From: a virus
Lineage: Duplodnaviria; Caudoviricetes
Length of the DNA: 33,108 bases
Direction: 5' to 3' (one strand)
IMG/VR virus record: IMGVR_UViG_3300022072_000071
Span: 1 to 33,108 of that record
Shown: positions 16,966-25,300 of the stretch, piece by piece
Numbering within the stretch: position 1 is the first letter of the stretch
How the letters are laid out: each line of letters opens with the position of its first letter
Translations under genes and position numbers: made by a program
The notes under the pieces: model-generated
Told to the model about the DNA's origin: nothing
Databases searched by the model: none
What the model saw: only the letters and a program-made list of their open reading frames with translations

Positions 16966-17034
16966 ATGACTATCTCAATCACACCAACAGGCATCAAAGT
17001 CACTGGCTCAGCTATAGCGTCAATAGAGGTCTAA
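16966..17034 (+). CDS. 22-aa mini ORF or gene remnant
   Basis: MTISITPTGIKVTGSAIASIEV; fills the gap exactly up to the next ATG; no clear RBS. Confidence 0.3.
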   Translation: MTISITPTGIKVTGSAIASIEV

Positions 17035-17466
17035 ATGCCAACACTAAGCACAGACTCATACACAACCGAGGCAGAGTATACGACGTATGCTACTGCTCGT
17101 GGCATAACCGTTGATACGTCAACAATTGACGCTGATTTGGTACTGTCCGCTGATTTTATTAGCACATATTACAATATTGCTGACGAATACAAGTTGCCAG
17201 ATATTGCCGACGAGTATTTAACACTCATAAACAAAGCCGCATTAAAAGCGGTTGAGTTGCAGCAAGCTGGACGATTGACGATTGATTATGCCGCGATTAG
17301 TGGCGGGCTGATTAAACGCACATTCAAAAAGGCTGACGCACTCGAAAAAGAAATCGAATACCAAGAAGGCACGACACCGACATATAAACCTCGTGTGCCT
17401 GAGCTTGATTTGTTGATGCGTCCGTTTTTGGCGGGTGGCGGTAATTTGGGTAAGAAGCTAGTATGA
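17035..17466 (+). CDS. head-tail adaptor (DnaT-like domain family)
   Basis: DSYTTEAEYTTYATARG...SADFI...LEKEIEY...LLMRPFL; position in neck cluster. Confidence 0.7.
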   Translation: MPTLSTDSYTTEAEYTTYATARGITVDTSTIDADLVLSADFISTYYNIADEYKLPDIADEYLTLINKAALKAVELQQAGRLTIDYAAISGGLIKRTFKKADALEKEIEYQEGTTPTYKPRVPELDLLMRPFLAGGGNLGKKLV

Positions 17467-17825
17467 CCGATACAGTCTTTTACAATGAAATGGTTGAACT
17501 CGCAGAGGAATTGCTCGACGAGTTTGGCCGACCTGTCACGCTAGTTATGGCGGGACAAGAAGCGGGTTTTGACCAGTACGGCAATGCTGTAGGCGCGACA
17601 CCTGATGTTTCTGTTAGTGGCTTAGGATGCTCACTAAACTACAAAATTGGCGAGATAGACGGCTCAGTAATTCAGATGGGTGACGCTAAACTGTTGTACA
17701 AGGGCGAGACTCCATTAATTAATATGACGGTGACGCTTGATGGTGTAAAGTGGCGTGTGGTGGCGCTAAATCCGCTTAACCCTGCTGGTGTTTTGATTAT
17801 GTATAGTTTGCAGTTGAGGAAATAG
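17463..17825 (+). CDS. head closure / head-tail joining protein
   Basis: LLDEFGRPVTL...IDGSVIQMGD...WRVVALNPLNPAG...LQLRK. Confidence 0.75.
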   Translation: MTDTVFYNEMVELAEELLDEFGRPVTLVMAGQEAGFDQYGNAVGATPDVSVSGLGCSLNYKIGEIDGSVIQMGDAKLLYKGETPLINMTVTLDGVKWRVVALNPLNPAGVLIMYSLQLRK

Positions 17826-17826
17826 G

Positions 17827-18075
17827 ATGACAATTAAAATAGTTTTACCAAGCGGTGACATGAAAGCAGGTTATGGCACGAAAGTATACACGGATAGCGG
17901 GGATGAGATAAAAGGAGTGACGAGCATAAACATAAATATAGATCCTAACTCTCTAATAACCGCGACAATGACTGTTATTGTGTCAGAAATAGAAAACTTA
18001 AGTAGTGTAGTTTCTGTTCTATCTCCAGATACAATAAAATCTATTGAGCAATTTGGTTATACGGTTAGTCAATGA
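17827..18075 (+). CDS. hypothetical protein inserted in neck cluster
   Basis: 82 aa; GTKVYTDSGDEIKGVTSINI. Confidence 0.65.
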   Translation: MTIKIVLPSGDMKAGYGTKVYTDSGDEIKGVTSININIDPNSLITATMTVIVSEIENLSSVVSVLSPDTIKSIEQFGYTVSQ

Positions 18076-18485
18076 CAACCACCAACCTATCCGCAAAGCT
18101 GGCAGAGTTCCGCAAACTATCACGAGATAGGATGCAAACTGTTGTCGAGAAATCGCTGATTAGGTCGGGCACTTCTGTCATTGTTGAATCGCCAGTTGAT
18201 ACCGGTAGATTTGCGGCCAACTGGATGTTTGCATTTGGTGACTATGACGGCACAACGATTAATGGTGATTTCAGTGGAGAAGGCGAGAAACAAGGCTCGA
18301 TTAATAAGCTAACGTCGAACGTGTCTAACATCGAGCTTGGTTCAACTTTTTTTATGACAAACTCATTGCCTTATGCCGACCGATTAGAAAATAAGGAATG
18401 GTCAGCAAAAGGCAGTAAAATGGTTTACAGGGCCGTGATGAATTTCCCTGCCGTGGTTGCTGATGAAGTTGGAAAGGTTAAATAA
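18072..18485 (+). CDS. HK97 gp10-like neck/tail completion protein
   Basis: SPVDTGRFAANW and NSLPYADRLE motifs. Confidence 0.8.
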   Translation: MTTTNLSAKLAEFRKLSRDRMQTVVEKSLIRSGTSVIVESPVDTGRFAANWMFAFGDYDGTTINGDFSGEGEKQGSINKLTSNVSNIELGSTFFMTNSLPYADRLENKEWSAKGSKMVYRAVMNFPAVVADEVGKVK

Positions 18486-18898
18486 TGACAACAATAAACG
18501 AATCATATGTAAGTAAAGCGCTGATCGACCACTTAATGAGCATTCCAAACTTGCCACATATTGTGACTGAAAATACGGCTTATACCCCTGTCATTGGCAC
18601 TCCTTATTTGCGTGAAATGGACATTCCAGCAATCACTCAGGCGCCAACGCTAAACACAACTGGCTATCAACGCAGAGATGGCGCCTATCGTATCGGGCTG
18701 TTTTATCCAAAAAGTACAGGCAAGTTTCAGGCCCTGGCTATTGCTGACAAAATCATATCAAGGTTTTATCGTGGTCTTAGATTGGAATATGAAGAACAAA
18801 CGGTTGAGATTAAAACGACTGACCGCGAGCAGATTTATACTGATGGCGAATTTATTCAGTGCGGATTGATGATTAGATATACTGTTGTTGTGAATTAG
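18485..18898 (+). CDS. tail terminator protein (DUF4128-like)
   Basis: ENTAYTP..GTPYL...G.YRIGLFYPKSTG; position before tail tube. Confidence 0.7.
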   Translation: MTTINESYVSKALIDHLMSIPNLPHIVTENTAYTPVIGTPYLREMDIPAITQAPTLNTTGYQRRDGAYRIGLFYPKSTGKFQALAIADKIISRFYRGLRLEYEEQTVEIKTTDREQIYTDGEFIQCGLMIRYTVVVN

Positions 18899-19400
18899 TC
18901 CGTAGCGCCACAGTGGACTAGCCTGCATGATGGGGACAAAATAAATAAAAACCCCGACTTGCCCATATATCGTTTGTCATTAACAACCCGTAACTGCTAA
19001 GCAAGGAGAGCTTAAACTAAGATTGCGACTCACTGGACCAGATGGTACTACAGAATACTTATTCAACTGATGACTGGTGGCCACTTAAACACCTGCGAAT
19101 ACCGCTGACGTACAATCATCATGTGAATAAACATTCACCGCGCCTGCGGTCACTTGTCTAAACCGTTATCATTACTCAGGAGTCCAAGCCTCGCTTGAGT
19201 GATTCGTCAGTTGTTCCGGTTTATTCTTGATTATTTAGCTAATCACTCTGAATTTGCGCTTGTAGCCTATTTAATTCGCAAACTCTTTAGGCTGGTCTCA
19301 TTTAGTTATGATTGACCGCTTCTAACGGCTAATTATCACGTTGCATATAAAAACCCTCTCGTTAGGTTATTTATTCTCTTTTCCTAGACCGCAAAACAAA
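18899..19400. ncRNA. candidate large structured RNA
   Basis: ORF-free, at least 7 complementary segments including a possible pseudoknot; minus-strand promoter-like TTGCGG..TATATT near 19400-19426. Confidence 0.4.
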
Positions 19401-19436
19401 TATACACCACCACATAAAAACCGCAACCTTTAAATA

Positions 19437-19468
19437 ACTGGTAAGACCAGTGCTATTTATTGTACAAT
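19437..19468 (+). promoter_or_regulatory. FadR/GntR-like box 9 upstream of tail tube gene
   Basis: ACTGGTAAGACCAGT 19437-19451; TACAAT at 19463-19468 (11 nt away, repressor-like position). Confidence 0.7.
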
Positions 19469-19517
19469 TGGCAAAGGATGATCGATCGATTAACTATTTT
19501 TATATGAGGGCTTTAAA

Positions 19518-19964
19518 ATGCCAGTAATGACTAGTACAGAAACAATTCTGCGAGTATCCGCAGCTACACCAGCAACGTTCGACGAAGCAGGCTATGCAGC
19601 GCTTACATTCACGGAAGTAAAAGAAGTAACCACAATTCCCGCGTATGGACCAACTCGTCAAGTTGTAAACCATGAGCCGTTAGCAACTGGCGTAACTGAA
19701 AAATACGGCGGCTTTATCAACTATGGTTCTGTTGCTGTAGATGGCGCTTATGATTCTATTGACGCTGGACAATCTATTTTACGCGCTAACGTGTTATCAG
19801 CTACCGCATTGTTATCAGTCGCTATCGAATACCAAGATGGCTCAATAGATTACACATACGGCAAAGCATTCAGCGCAACTAAAGCCCCAGGCTCTGCAAA
19901 CTCAATGGTTGGTTCTTCTATGAACATCGAGTTTAACAAGCCTATCGTCGAAGTCGCAGCGTAA
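19518..19964 (+). CDS. major tail tube protein
   Basis: PATFDEAGYAALTFTEV, KYGGFINYG, DAGQ motifs; position before tail chaperone and tape measure. Confidence 0.8.
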   Translation: MPVMTSTETILRVSAATPATFDEAGYAALTFTEVKEVTTIPAYGPTRQVVNHEPLATGVTEKYGGFINYGSVAVDGAYDSIDAGQSILRANVLSATALLSVAIEYQDGSIDYTYGKAFSATKAPGSANSMVGSSMNIEFNKPIVEVAA

Positions 19965-19974
19965 GGAGTAGATT

Positions 19975-20325
19975 ATGGCTACTATCACACCAACGCTGAT
20001 GACGGGCAGCGGAAAGCGCACGATGGTTGAAGTTGATTTGACCGGAACTGCTGACACGTTTACCTATGTTGCATCATACAAGCCAACGCTAATCATGCGT
20101 AACGATACAGCCGGCGCATTAACTCCGGTTATTGACGGTGACGGCGGAACTGTTGTTCCTGTCGCGGGCGTGGGTGATGTTGACGTGTCAGGCGGGTACT
20201 CTGTTGGCTCAATCGCTATCGGGGCATCTGTCGCAATACCGCTAAATACAATTAGTGCATATTTATCCGGCACCATCGCTATCACTGGCGGCACTGGGCT
20301 TACTTGTAGTTTGTTGCATTTTTAA
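19975..20325 (+). CDS. virion structural (decoration-like) protein
   Basis: Small T/G/V-rich beta protein with AGGAG RBS; paralog of 14641..15084. Confidence 0.7.
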   Translation: MATITPTLMTGSGKRTMVEVDLTGTADTFTYVASYKPTLIMRNDTAGALTPVIDGDGGTVVPVAGVGDVDVSGGYSVGSIAIGASVAIPLNTISAYLSGTIAITGGTGLTCSLLHF

Positions 20326-20327
20326 TT

Positions 20328-20352
20328 AATAGGGGCTTAGCGCCCCTATTTT
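20328..20352. terminator. bidirectional rho-independent terminator
   Basis: AATAGGGGC-TTAGC-GCCCCTATTTT between convergent genes. Confidence 0.8.
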
Positions 20353-20752
20353 ATTCTCCACAGCCTTTACCAACTTTTCCTTTATCTCTATCATCAACAA
20401 AGTCAGCCCAATTAACCCATCCTTTAGGGCAGTGGAAACCCCAACTCCTAATTACTGGCCCAGTTATAAACAATGTCCAAGCTGGTCCATTCAAGATTTT
20501 AAGCATGTGAGCGAACTTAGCAGACCTAACTAGTGGTAAAAACCTTTTTGGTATTCTTGAGCCATTTTTGTGCACCTCCAATAACTTGCCTTTCAACAAA
20601 AAACTTACTGACCACCAAGGGTGATCGTGCAATGCTCGATCATCATCGTCATGCATTATCTTGTGGAGATATACGTTAAAGTACTTGTTGCGTGGTATCA
20701 ACCACCACCGATGCATGTAGTTATCGCCTATTATAAAATCTGGTTTTCTCAC
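20351..20752 (-). CDS. cupin-like accessory protein
   Basis: YLHKI...HDHPW...E...H...WTLFITGP..RSWGF; start probably GTG 20752 (GGAG upstream). Confidence 0.65.
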   Translation of the reverse strand: MRKPDFIIGDNYMHRWWLIPRNKYFNVYLHKIMHDDDDRALHDHPWWSVSFLLKGKLLEVHKNGSRIPKRFLPLVRSAKFAHMLKILNGPAWTLFITGPVIRSWGFHCPKGWVNWADFVDDRDKGKVGKGCGE

Positions 20753-20784
20753 TCTACCAACTCCATCCAATTAAAAGAAAAACA

Positions 20785-20829
20785 AAGATACCACACTTTA
20801 TTGTAAACACTGGTCTTACCAGTTACACT
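20785..20829. promoter_or_regulatory. FadR/GntR-like box 10 between divergent promoters
   Basis: ACTGGTCTTACCAGT 20809-20823; minus strand 18 nt to TGTGG-TATCTT; plus strand TTGTAA(20801)-17-TACACT(20824) with the box filling the spacer. Confidence 0.8.
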
Positions 20830-20835
20830 AATGCA

Positions 20836-20882
20836 GCTAGTAAAAGGGTCATGCCCCGCGAGACTCATCCACTCGCACTAGC
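20836..20882 (+). ncRNA. putative structured leader RNA of tail chaperone gene
   Basis: GCTAGT/ACTAGC closing stem, GGG/CCC and GCGAG/CTCGC hairpins; loop ACTCATCCA complementary to TGGATG and GATGAG downstream. Confidence 0.5.
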
Positions 20883-20922
20883 ATTCAATTAATGGATGCA
20901 AAGACGCTGATGAGGCTTTATC

Positions 20923-21366
20923 ATGGCTAAAGATTTAGAATTCGACTTTTCACAACTAGAATTAAACGACACGGCAGAATGTCATATCACATTCCCAGAT
21001 GGACGTTTATGTTATATGCCTAAAATCGACGAAAACGGCAATAAAGTAGATGACGAAACTAAGCCGTTATTGATTTTGTTGTATGGCTCAGACTCAAAGC
21101 AGGCAAGAACTGCAAACCTTGCGCGACTTCGCAAGCTGGATAAAATCGAGAAGAAGCGCCACAAAGATTCGCTGCCATCTGACAGCGAGATTGAAAGCAG
21201 GCTTGAAATTAACCGAGAATTCGTTGCAGAGTTAACGTGTGGCTGGAAAAACTTTAAAGAGAGTTTCACTCGTGAACAAGCTTTAGACTTTTACAAAAAG
21301 TACCCGATTGTTTATGAGCAAGTTGACAAGCATATTGCCGACCGGACTAACTACGTAAAAAAGTAA
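20923..21366 (+). CDS. tail assembly chaperone (gpG-like)
   Basis: LYGSDSK...LTCGWKN...FTREQA...Y...EQVD; between tube and tape measure. Confidence 0.8.
   Translation: MAKDLEFDFSQLELNDTAECHITFPDGRLCYMPKIDENGNKVDDETKPLLILLYGSDSKQARTANLARLRKLDKIEKKRHKDSLPSDSEIESRLEINREFVAELTCGWKNFKESFTREQALDFYKKYPIVYEQVDKHIADRTNYVKK
21357..21363 (+). other. -1 programmed ribosomal frameshift site
   Basis: A AAA AAG immediately before the stop; the -1 frame is open from 21363 through 21791. Confidence 0.8.
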
Positions 21367-21791
21367 TCTCTGATTGCGCTGATTGGGCTGGCTACTTTGG
21401 CTGGATCCATGCGCCTTGGAAAGAGTCAAAAAATAGTGACAATTACACAAGCTGGGGCAGAGTTCACGGTGACGCGGCATGGATGCCTGAGTCACCTTGC
21501 CAATACTTATCTGATTGGTTTAGTAAAGCTGGTAGGTGCTTGCAAGGTTTTAATGGGATAATGCCGTTAACCTGGCAAGAAATCACCAGCTTTTTTGCCG
21601 CTAACAAGATTGATTATTTAGATTGGGAAGCCGAAGCAATAAGGAAAATGTCAGAATCTTATTGCAGTTGGCATAGTATGACAAGTCAAGATAACAACAT
21701 TGATCCGCCATTGATTCCAGATGATGAAGCATTAGCGCTGATACAAGCCGCTAATGGTCGAAGAATGAAGGCTATGATGAGGCCCTCTTAG
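21363..21791 (+). CDS. tail assembly chaperone frameshift extension (gpGT-like)
   Basis: -1 frame VISDCADWAGYFGW... continues into ORF 21483..21791 (PLTWQEI motif). Confidence 0.75.
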   Translation, partial: VISDCADWAGYFGWIHAPWKESKNSDNYTSWGRVHGDAAWMPESPCQYLSDWFSKAGRCLQGFNGIMPLTWQEITSFFAANKIDYLDWEAEAIRKMSESYCSWHSMTSQDNNIDPPLIPDDEALALIQAANGRRMKAMMRPS

Positions 21792-21797
21792 GAGGGT

Positions 21798-22202
21798 TTA
21801 ATCTGGCTTGTTAATCCATGCTAGATCTACTGATTCTGAATAATACCCATTAGATTCACCTAGCCACCGCATCCATATGCTGCCTTTAGTTGTCTGTATA
21901 TCATAAAATGTCCAAGTGAAGCTATCTGAATATTCACTTGGCTTATCTTTTGAGTCTTCATCGCCAGAGTTGCTTCTTTCCTCTGCCGAAACGATAACGC
22001 CGCCAATTAAATCTTCCGCAACGCCTTCAAAATCATTTAAATGCACATCCTCACAGCAACCTTGTTCATGATAAAAAAGGTATTCATTGCCGCACTCAGT
22101 AAACACCCTTACTTCCTCTGAGCCTTCTATTAACCCTGTAATGCTTTTAATTACTTTTCCTTCCAATTCTTTTAGCTCAACTCTTTTATTCCAGTGTCCC
22201 AT
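21798..22202 (-). CDS. accessory hypothetical protein
   Basis: GAGG RBS; HEQGCCEDV, SFTWTFY, WLGESNGYYSE motifs typical of a widespread phage family. Confidence 0.8.
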   Translation of the reverse strand: MGHWNKRVELKELEGKVIKSITGLIEGSEEVRVFTECGNEYLFYHEQGCCEDVHLNDFEGVAEDLIGGVIVSAEERSNSGDEDSKDKPSEYSDSFTWTFYDIQTTKGSIWMRWLGESNGYYSESVDLAWINKPD

Positions 22203-22231
22203 ATTTATATCCTCTTAGTTACCGAAACCAA

Positions 22232-22280
22232 ACCATACCACAAACAATTCGTTTAACTGGTTTGACCAGTGGGTTATACT
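22232..22280. promoter_or_regulatory. FadR/GntR-like box 11 between divergent promoters
   Basis: ACTGGTTTGACCAGT 22256-22270; minus strand 18 nt to TGTGG-TATGGT; plus strand TATACT 22275-22280 before tape measure. Confidence 0.8.
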
Positions 22281-22303
22281 AGGAAAAAGTTTATGGGGGT
22301 TCT

Positions 22304-25300
22304 ATGGATACGCTGGCAACAATTGGTTTTCGTGCCAATACCGATGATTTAACAAAAGCCGACACTAAGTTAAAAAACTTAGCAACCACTGGCGACAAGA
22401 CAGAAAAGTCAATCACCAAGTCATCTGACGGCATGAGTAAGGGCTTCATGTCTGCTCGAACCGCGACCACTGCATTAACTACGGCTGTAGGCGCTTTGGG
22501 TGCAATCATAGCGGCAAACAGGCTAACTCAATACGCGGATGAATGGCGCTCGTATAACAACGTTTTAAAACAAGTTGCTAAATCAGAAGAGGAATTCAAT
22601 AAGATACAAAAACAAGTATTCGACGTTGCAAAAGCTACTAACAGTAATCTCAAATCAACCGCTGAATTATACGGAGAACTGAGAAGAAGCGTTGAAAGCT
22701 TGGGTGTATCATCCGATCGCGTTTTAGGTGTAGTTGGTACAATCAATAACCTATTCTTAGCTGGTGGCAAATCGGCAGAGGAAGCCGCTGGAGCAATTAG
22801 GCAGTTAAGCCAAGGTTTAGCTGCTGGCGCTTTGCGTGGCGATGAATTTAATTCTGTCGCTGAGGGCGCTCCACGCATAATGGATGCGTTAGCGCTTAAG
22901 CTAAAAATGACTCGAGGAGAATTAAGGGAGTTTGCAGCGACTGGTGGAATCACCTCAAAAATAATGGTTGACGCTCTTGAAGAGTATAGCCAGCAAGCAC
23001 AAAGAATGGCTGATATTACGGAGCGAACATGGTCGCAGACTAGCGAGGTAGTAAGTTCTAATGTTGCAAAATGGGCAGGTTCATCAAAGGCGGTAATGGC
23101 GGCTACAGCTTCACTCGGCACTGTGTTGGTGGCAATGTCAGAAAACATAGACCACTTATTTGTCGGGATAGGCGCTGGTGCTGCGATTCTTGCCTCCTCA
23201 ATGGTTCCATCGATGATTGCTTATGTTTCATCATTATCTGCTGCTGCAACTGCTACCGGAGTTTTAACCGTAGCAACTAAATTTTTATTAGGCCCATTTG
23301 GTTTAGTGTTGGCTGCTATTTCAGCGGCCACCATCGCATTCAGGCTTAGCAAAAAAGCAAGCGATGATGATGCAAAATCTAAAGGAAAGCTTGCTGATGA
23401 ATTAGATAAACTAAAGTCTGCATATTCATCTATGAACGAGGAGCAAAATAAAGCACTGAGAAATAAGTACGCTCAAACTTACATGCAAGCACAGCAAGCG
23501 GGTATGGCGATTGACCAACAGCGTATAGATGTAAGCAAAAAATTAGCTGACGCAGAAAAAAAGGCGGCCGAATCAAATCAGCGCAATGGCGACTCAAGAA
23601 ATAAAGCGACCAATCAATGGGCGAAAGTTGCGGCATCATTAAAACTTGAACTTGCAGCATTAAATGTTGACGCAAAAGAAAACGAGAAAACAATAGGCGC
23701 ATTAACTAAAGTTTTTGAGCAAGGCTTGCCAACTTTAGAAAGTTATAGCGAGGTTGTTGATAACACAAAAACATCATTTAAGGGATGGCCAGAGGATATA
23801 AAAGCGGTTAGCGATGAAATGCAAAAGCTTATTGACAGGCTCGACCCGCTAGGCGCTGCACAGCGACAATATGCCGCTGATTACGACGCTCTATTAGGAT
23901 TGATGGCTGACACAGGAGACTATGAAGAAGTGATCCGATTAATGGGATTGCTAGACGACGAGTTTGCAGAGTTCACAAAAAAAGAAGATGAAGTACAAAA
24001 AATAATAGATAAAACTCAATCTCTTGGAAGCTCATGGACGCAAACTGGATCGATTATAGTTGATGCCTTTGGCAATATGTCAGATGCAATAGATGATTAT
24101 TCATCTAAAATGGAAAAAATAACTGATTTGGAGAAGGTGTGGATTGGCGTTAGAGATAATGCCAAGTCATCAACTGCACAAAAAATGCAGGCTGAACAAG
24201 CGCTAGCAGACCTAACAACAGAAAGCCAAAAAACGCAAATTGGACTGTTAAGTAAAACCGCCGGCGCTGCTTCATCATTATTCAAAGAGCAATCAAAAGA
24301 GCGTAAAGCTTTACACGCGATGGAAAAAGGATTTGCAGCTATCGAAATAGCGATGTCATTGCAAAAAGGCTTGGCTGCCGCTGCATCAGGCGCTGCTAAA
24401 ATGTTCGAGCAATCAGGGTGGGGCGGCTTCGCTGGTGTGGCTGCTATGGGTGTCGTGCTTGGCGGCATGGGGTTAGCTGTAAGCGGTGGAGGCGGTGGTT
24501 CATACACCAAACCTGAAAGCGGCACTGGCACAGTATTGGGCGATAGTGAAGCGTCTAGTAGCTCAGTTAGCAACTCAATGAGTGAGTATAAAGACATTGC
24601 TTACGACCAACTGTCAGAGCTTGAAAAAATAAGTAATGGCTTAACAGGCCTATCAGATGGTATAGCAAAACTTGCAACATCTTTAATATCATCAACTAGC
24701 TTTGGTGGTGGTGGCGCTGAACTGAAAAGCTCCAACTTCCTAGACTCAAAACTAGGTGGAGTTCTTAGAAAGTTAGACCCAGTAGCTAGAATCATGGACG
24801 CAATAGGATTAGGTGATATAGCGGATAAAATATTTGGAAGCTTTAGCTCTAAGAAACAAAAGCTAATTGATTCTGGACTTAAGTTCGACTCTCAAAGCAT
24901 GGCCAATATAATGTCAGACGGTTTCGAGGGTTACTATTATAACGTCATCGAAACAACTAAGAAAAAGTTCTGGGGCTTATCCAAAAAGACATCGACTGAC
25001 ACTCAATTTTCAGGCGTTGAGTCTGCAATACTAGACCAGATTAGCTCTATATTTAACTACTTAGGACAAACCGTTTCAAGCTCTGTTGACTCTCTCGGTA
25101 TTGATACAGCTAAAACAATAGAATCTTTTAAAGTATCCCTTGGCTCAATCAGCTTTGAAGATATGACAGGCGAAGAAATACAGAAGAAACTTGAACAGGT
25201 CATAGGGCAGAAAGGCGACTTATTAGCAGCTTATGTATTACCGCAAATCACTGAATATCAACAAATAGGTGAAGGAGCACTAGAAACTCTATTAAGGGTA

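Noticed and set aside
16899-17114. 71 aa plus-strand ORF bridging spike and adaptor genes
   Set aside because: Overlaps two well-supported genes out of frame and has atypical composition.
17564-17577. Half-site GACCAGT inside a coding region (also ACTGGTCG near 32326)
   Set aside because: Incomplete palindromes within CDS with no -10 element at the conserved spacing; consistent with chance.
19067-19100. CTGATGA resembling a hammerhead ribozyme core
   Set aside because: The required GAAA segment and stem II arrangement were not found downstream.
336-22270. Palindromic boxes as CRISPR repeats or integron attC sites
   Set aside because: They are only 15 bp, irregularly spaced by whole genes and lack GTTRRRY cores. 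No cas or integrase gene is in the window, and the fixed distance to -10 elements points to an operator.
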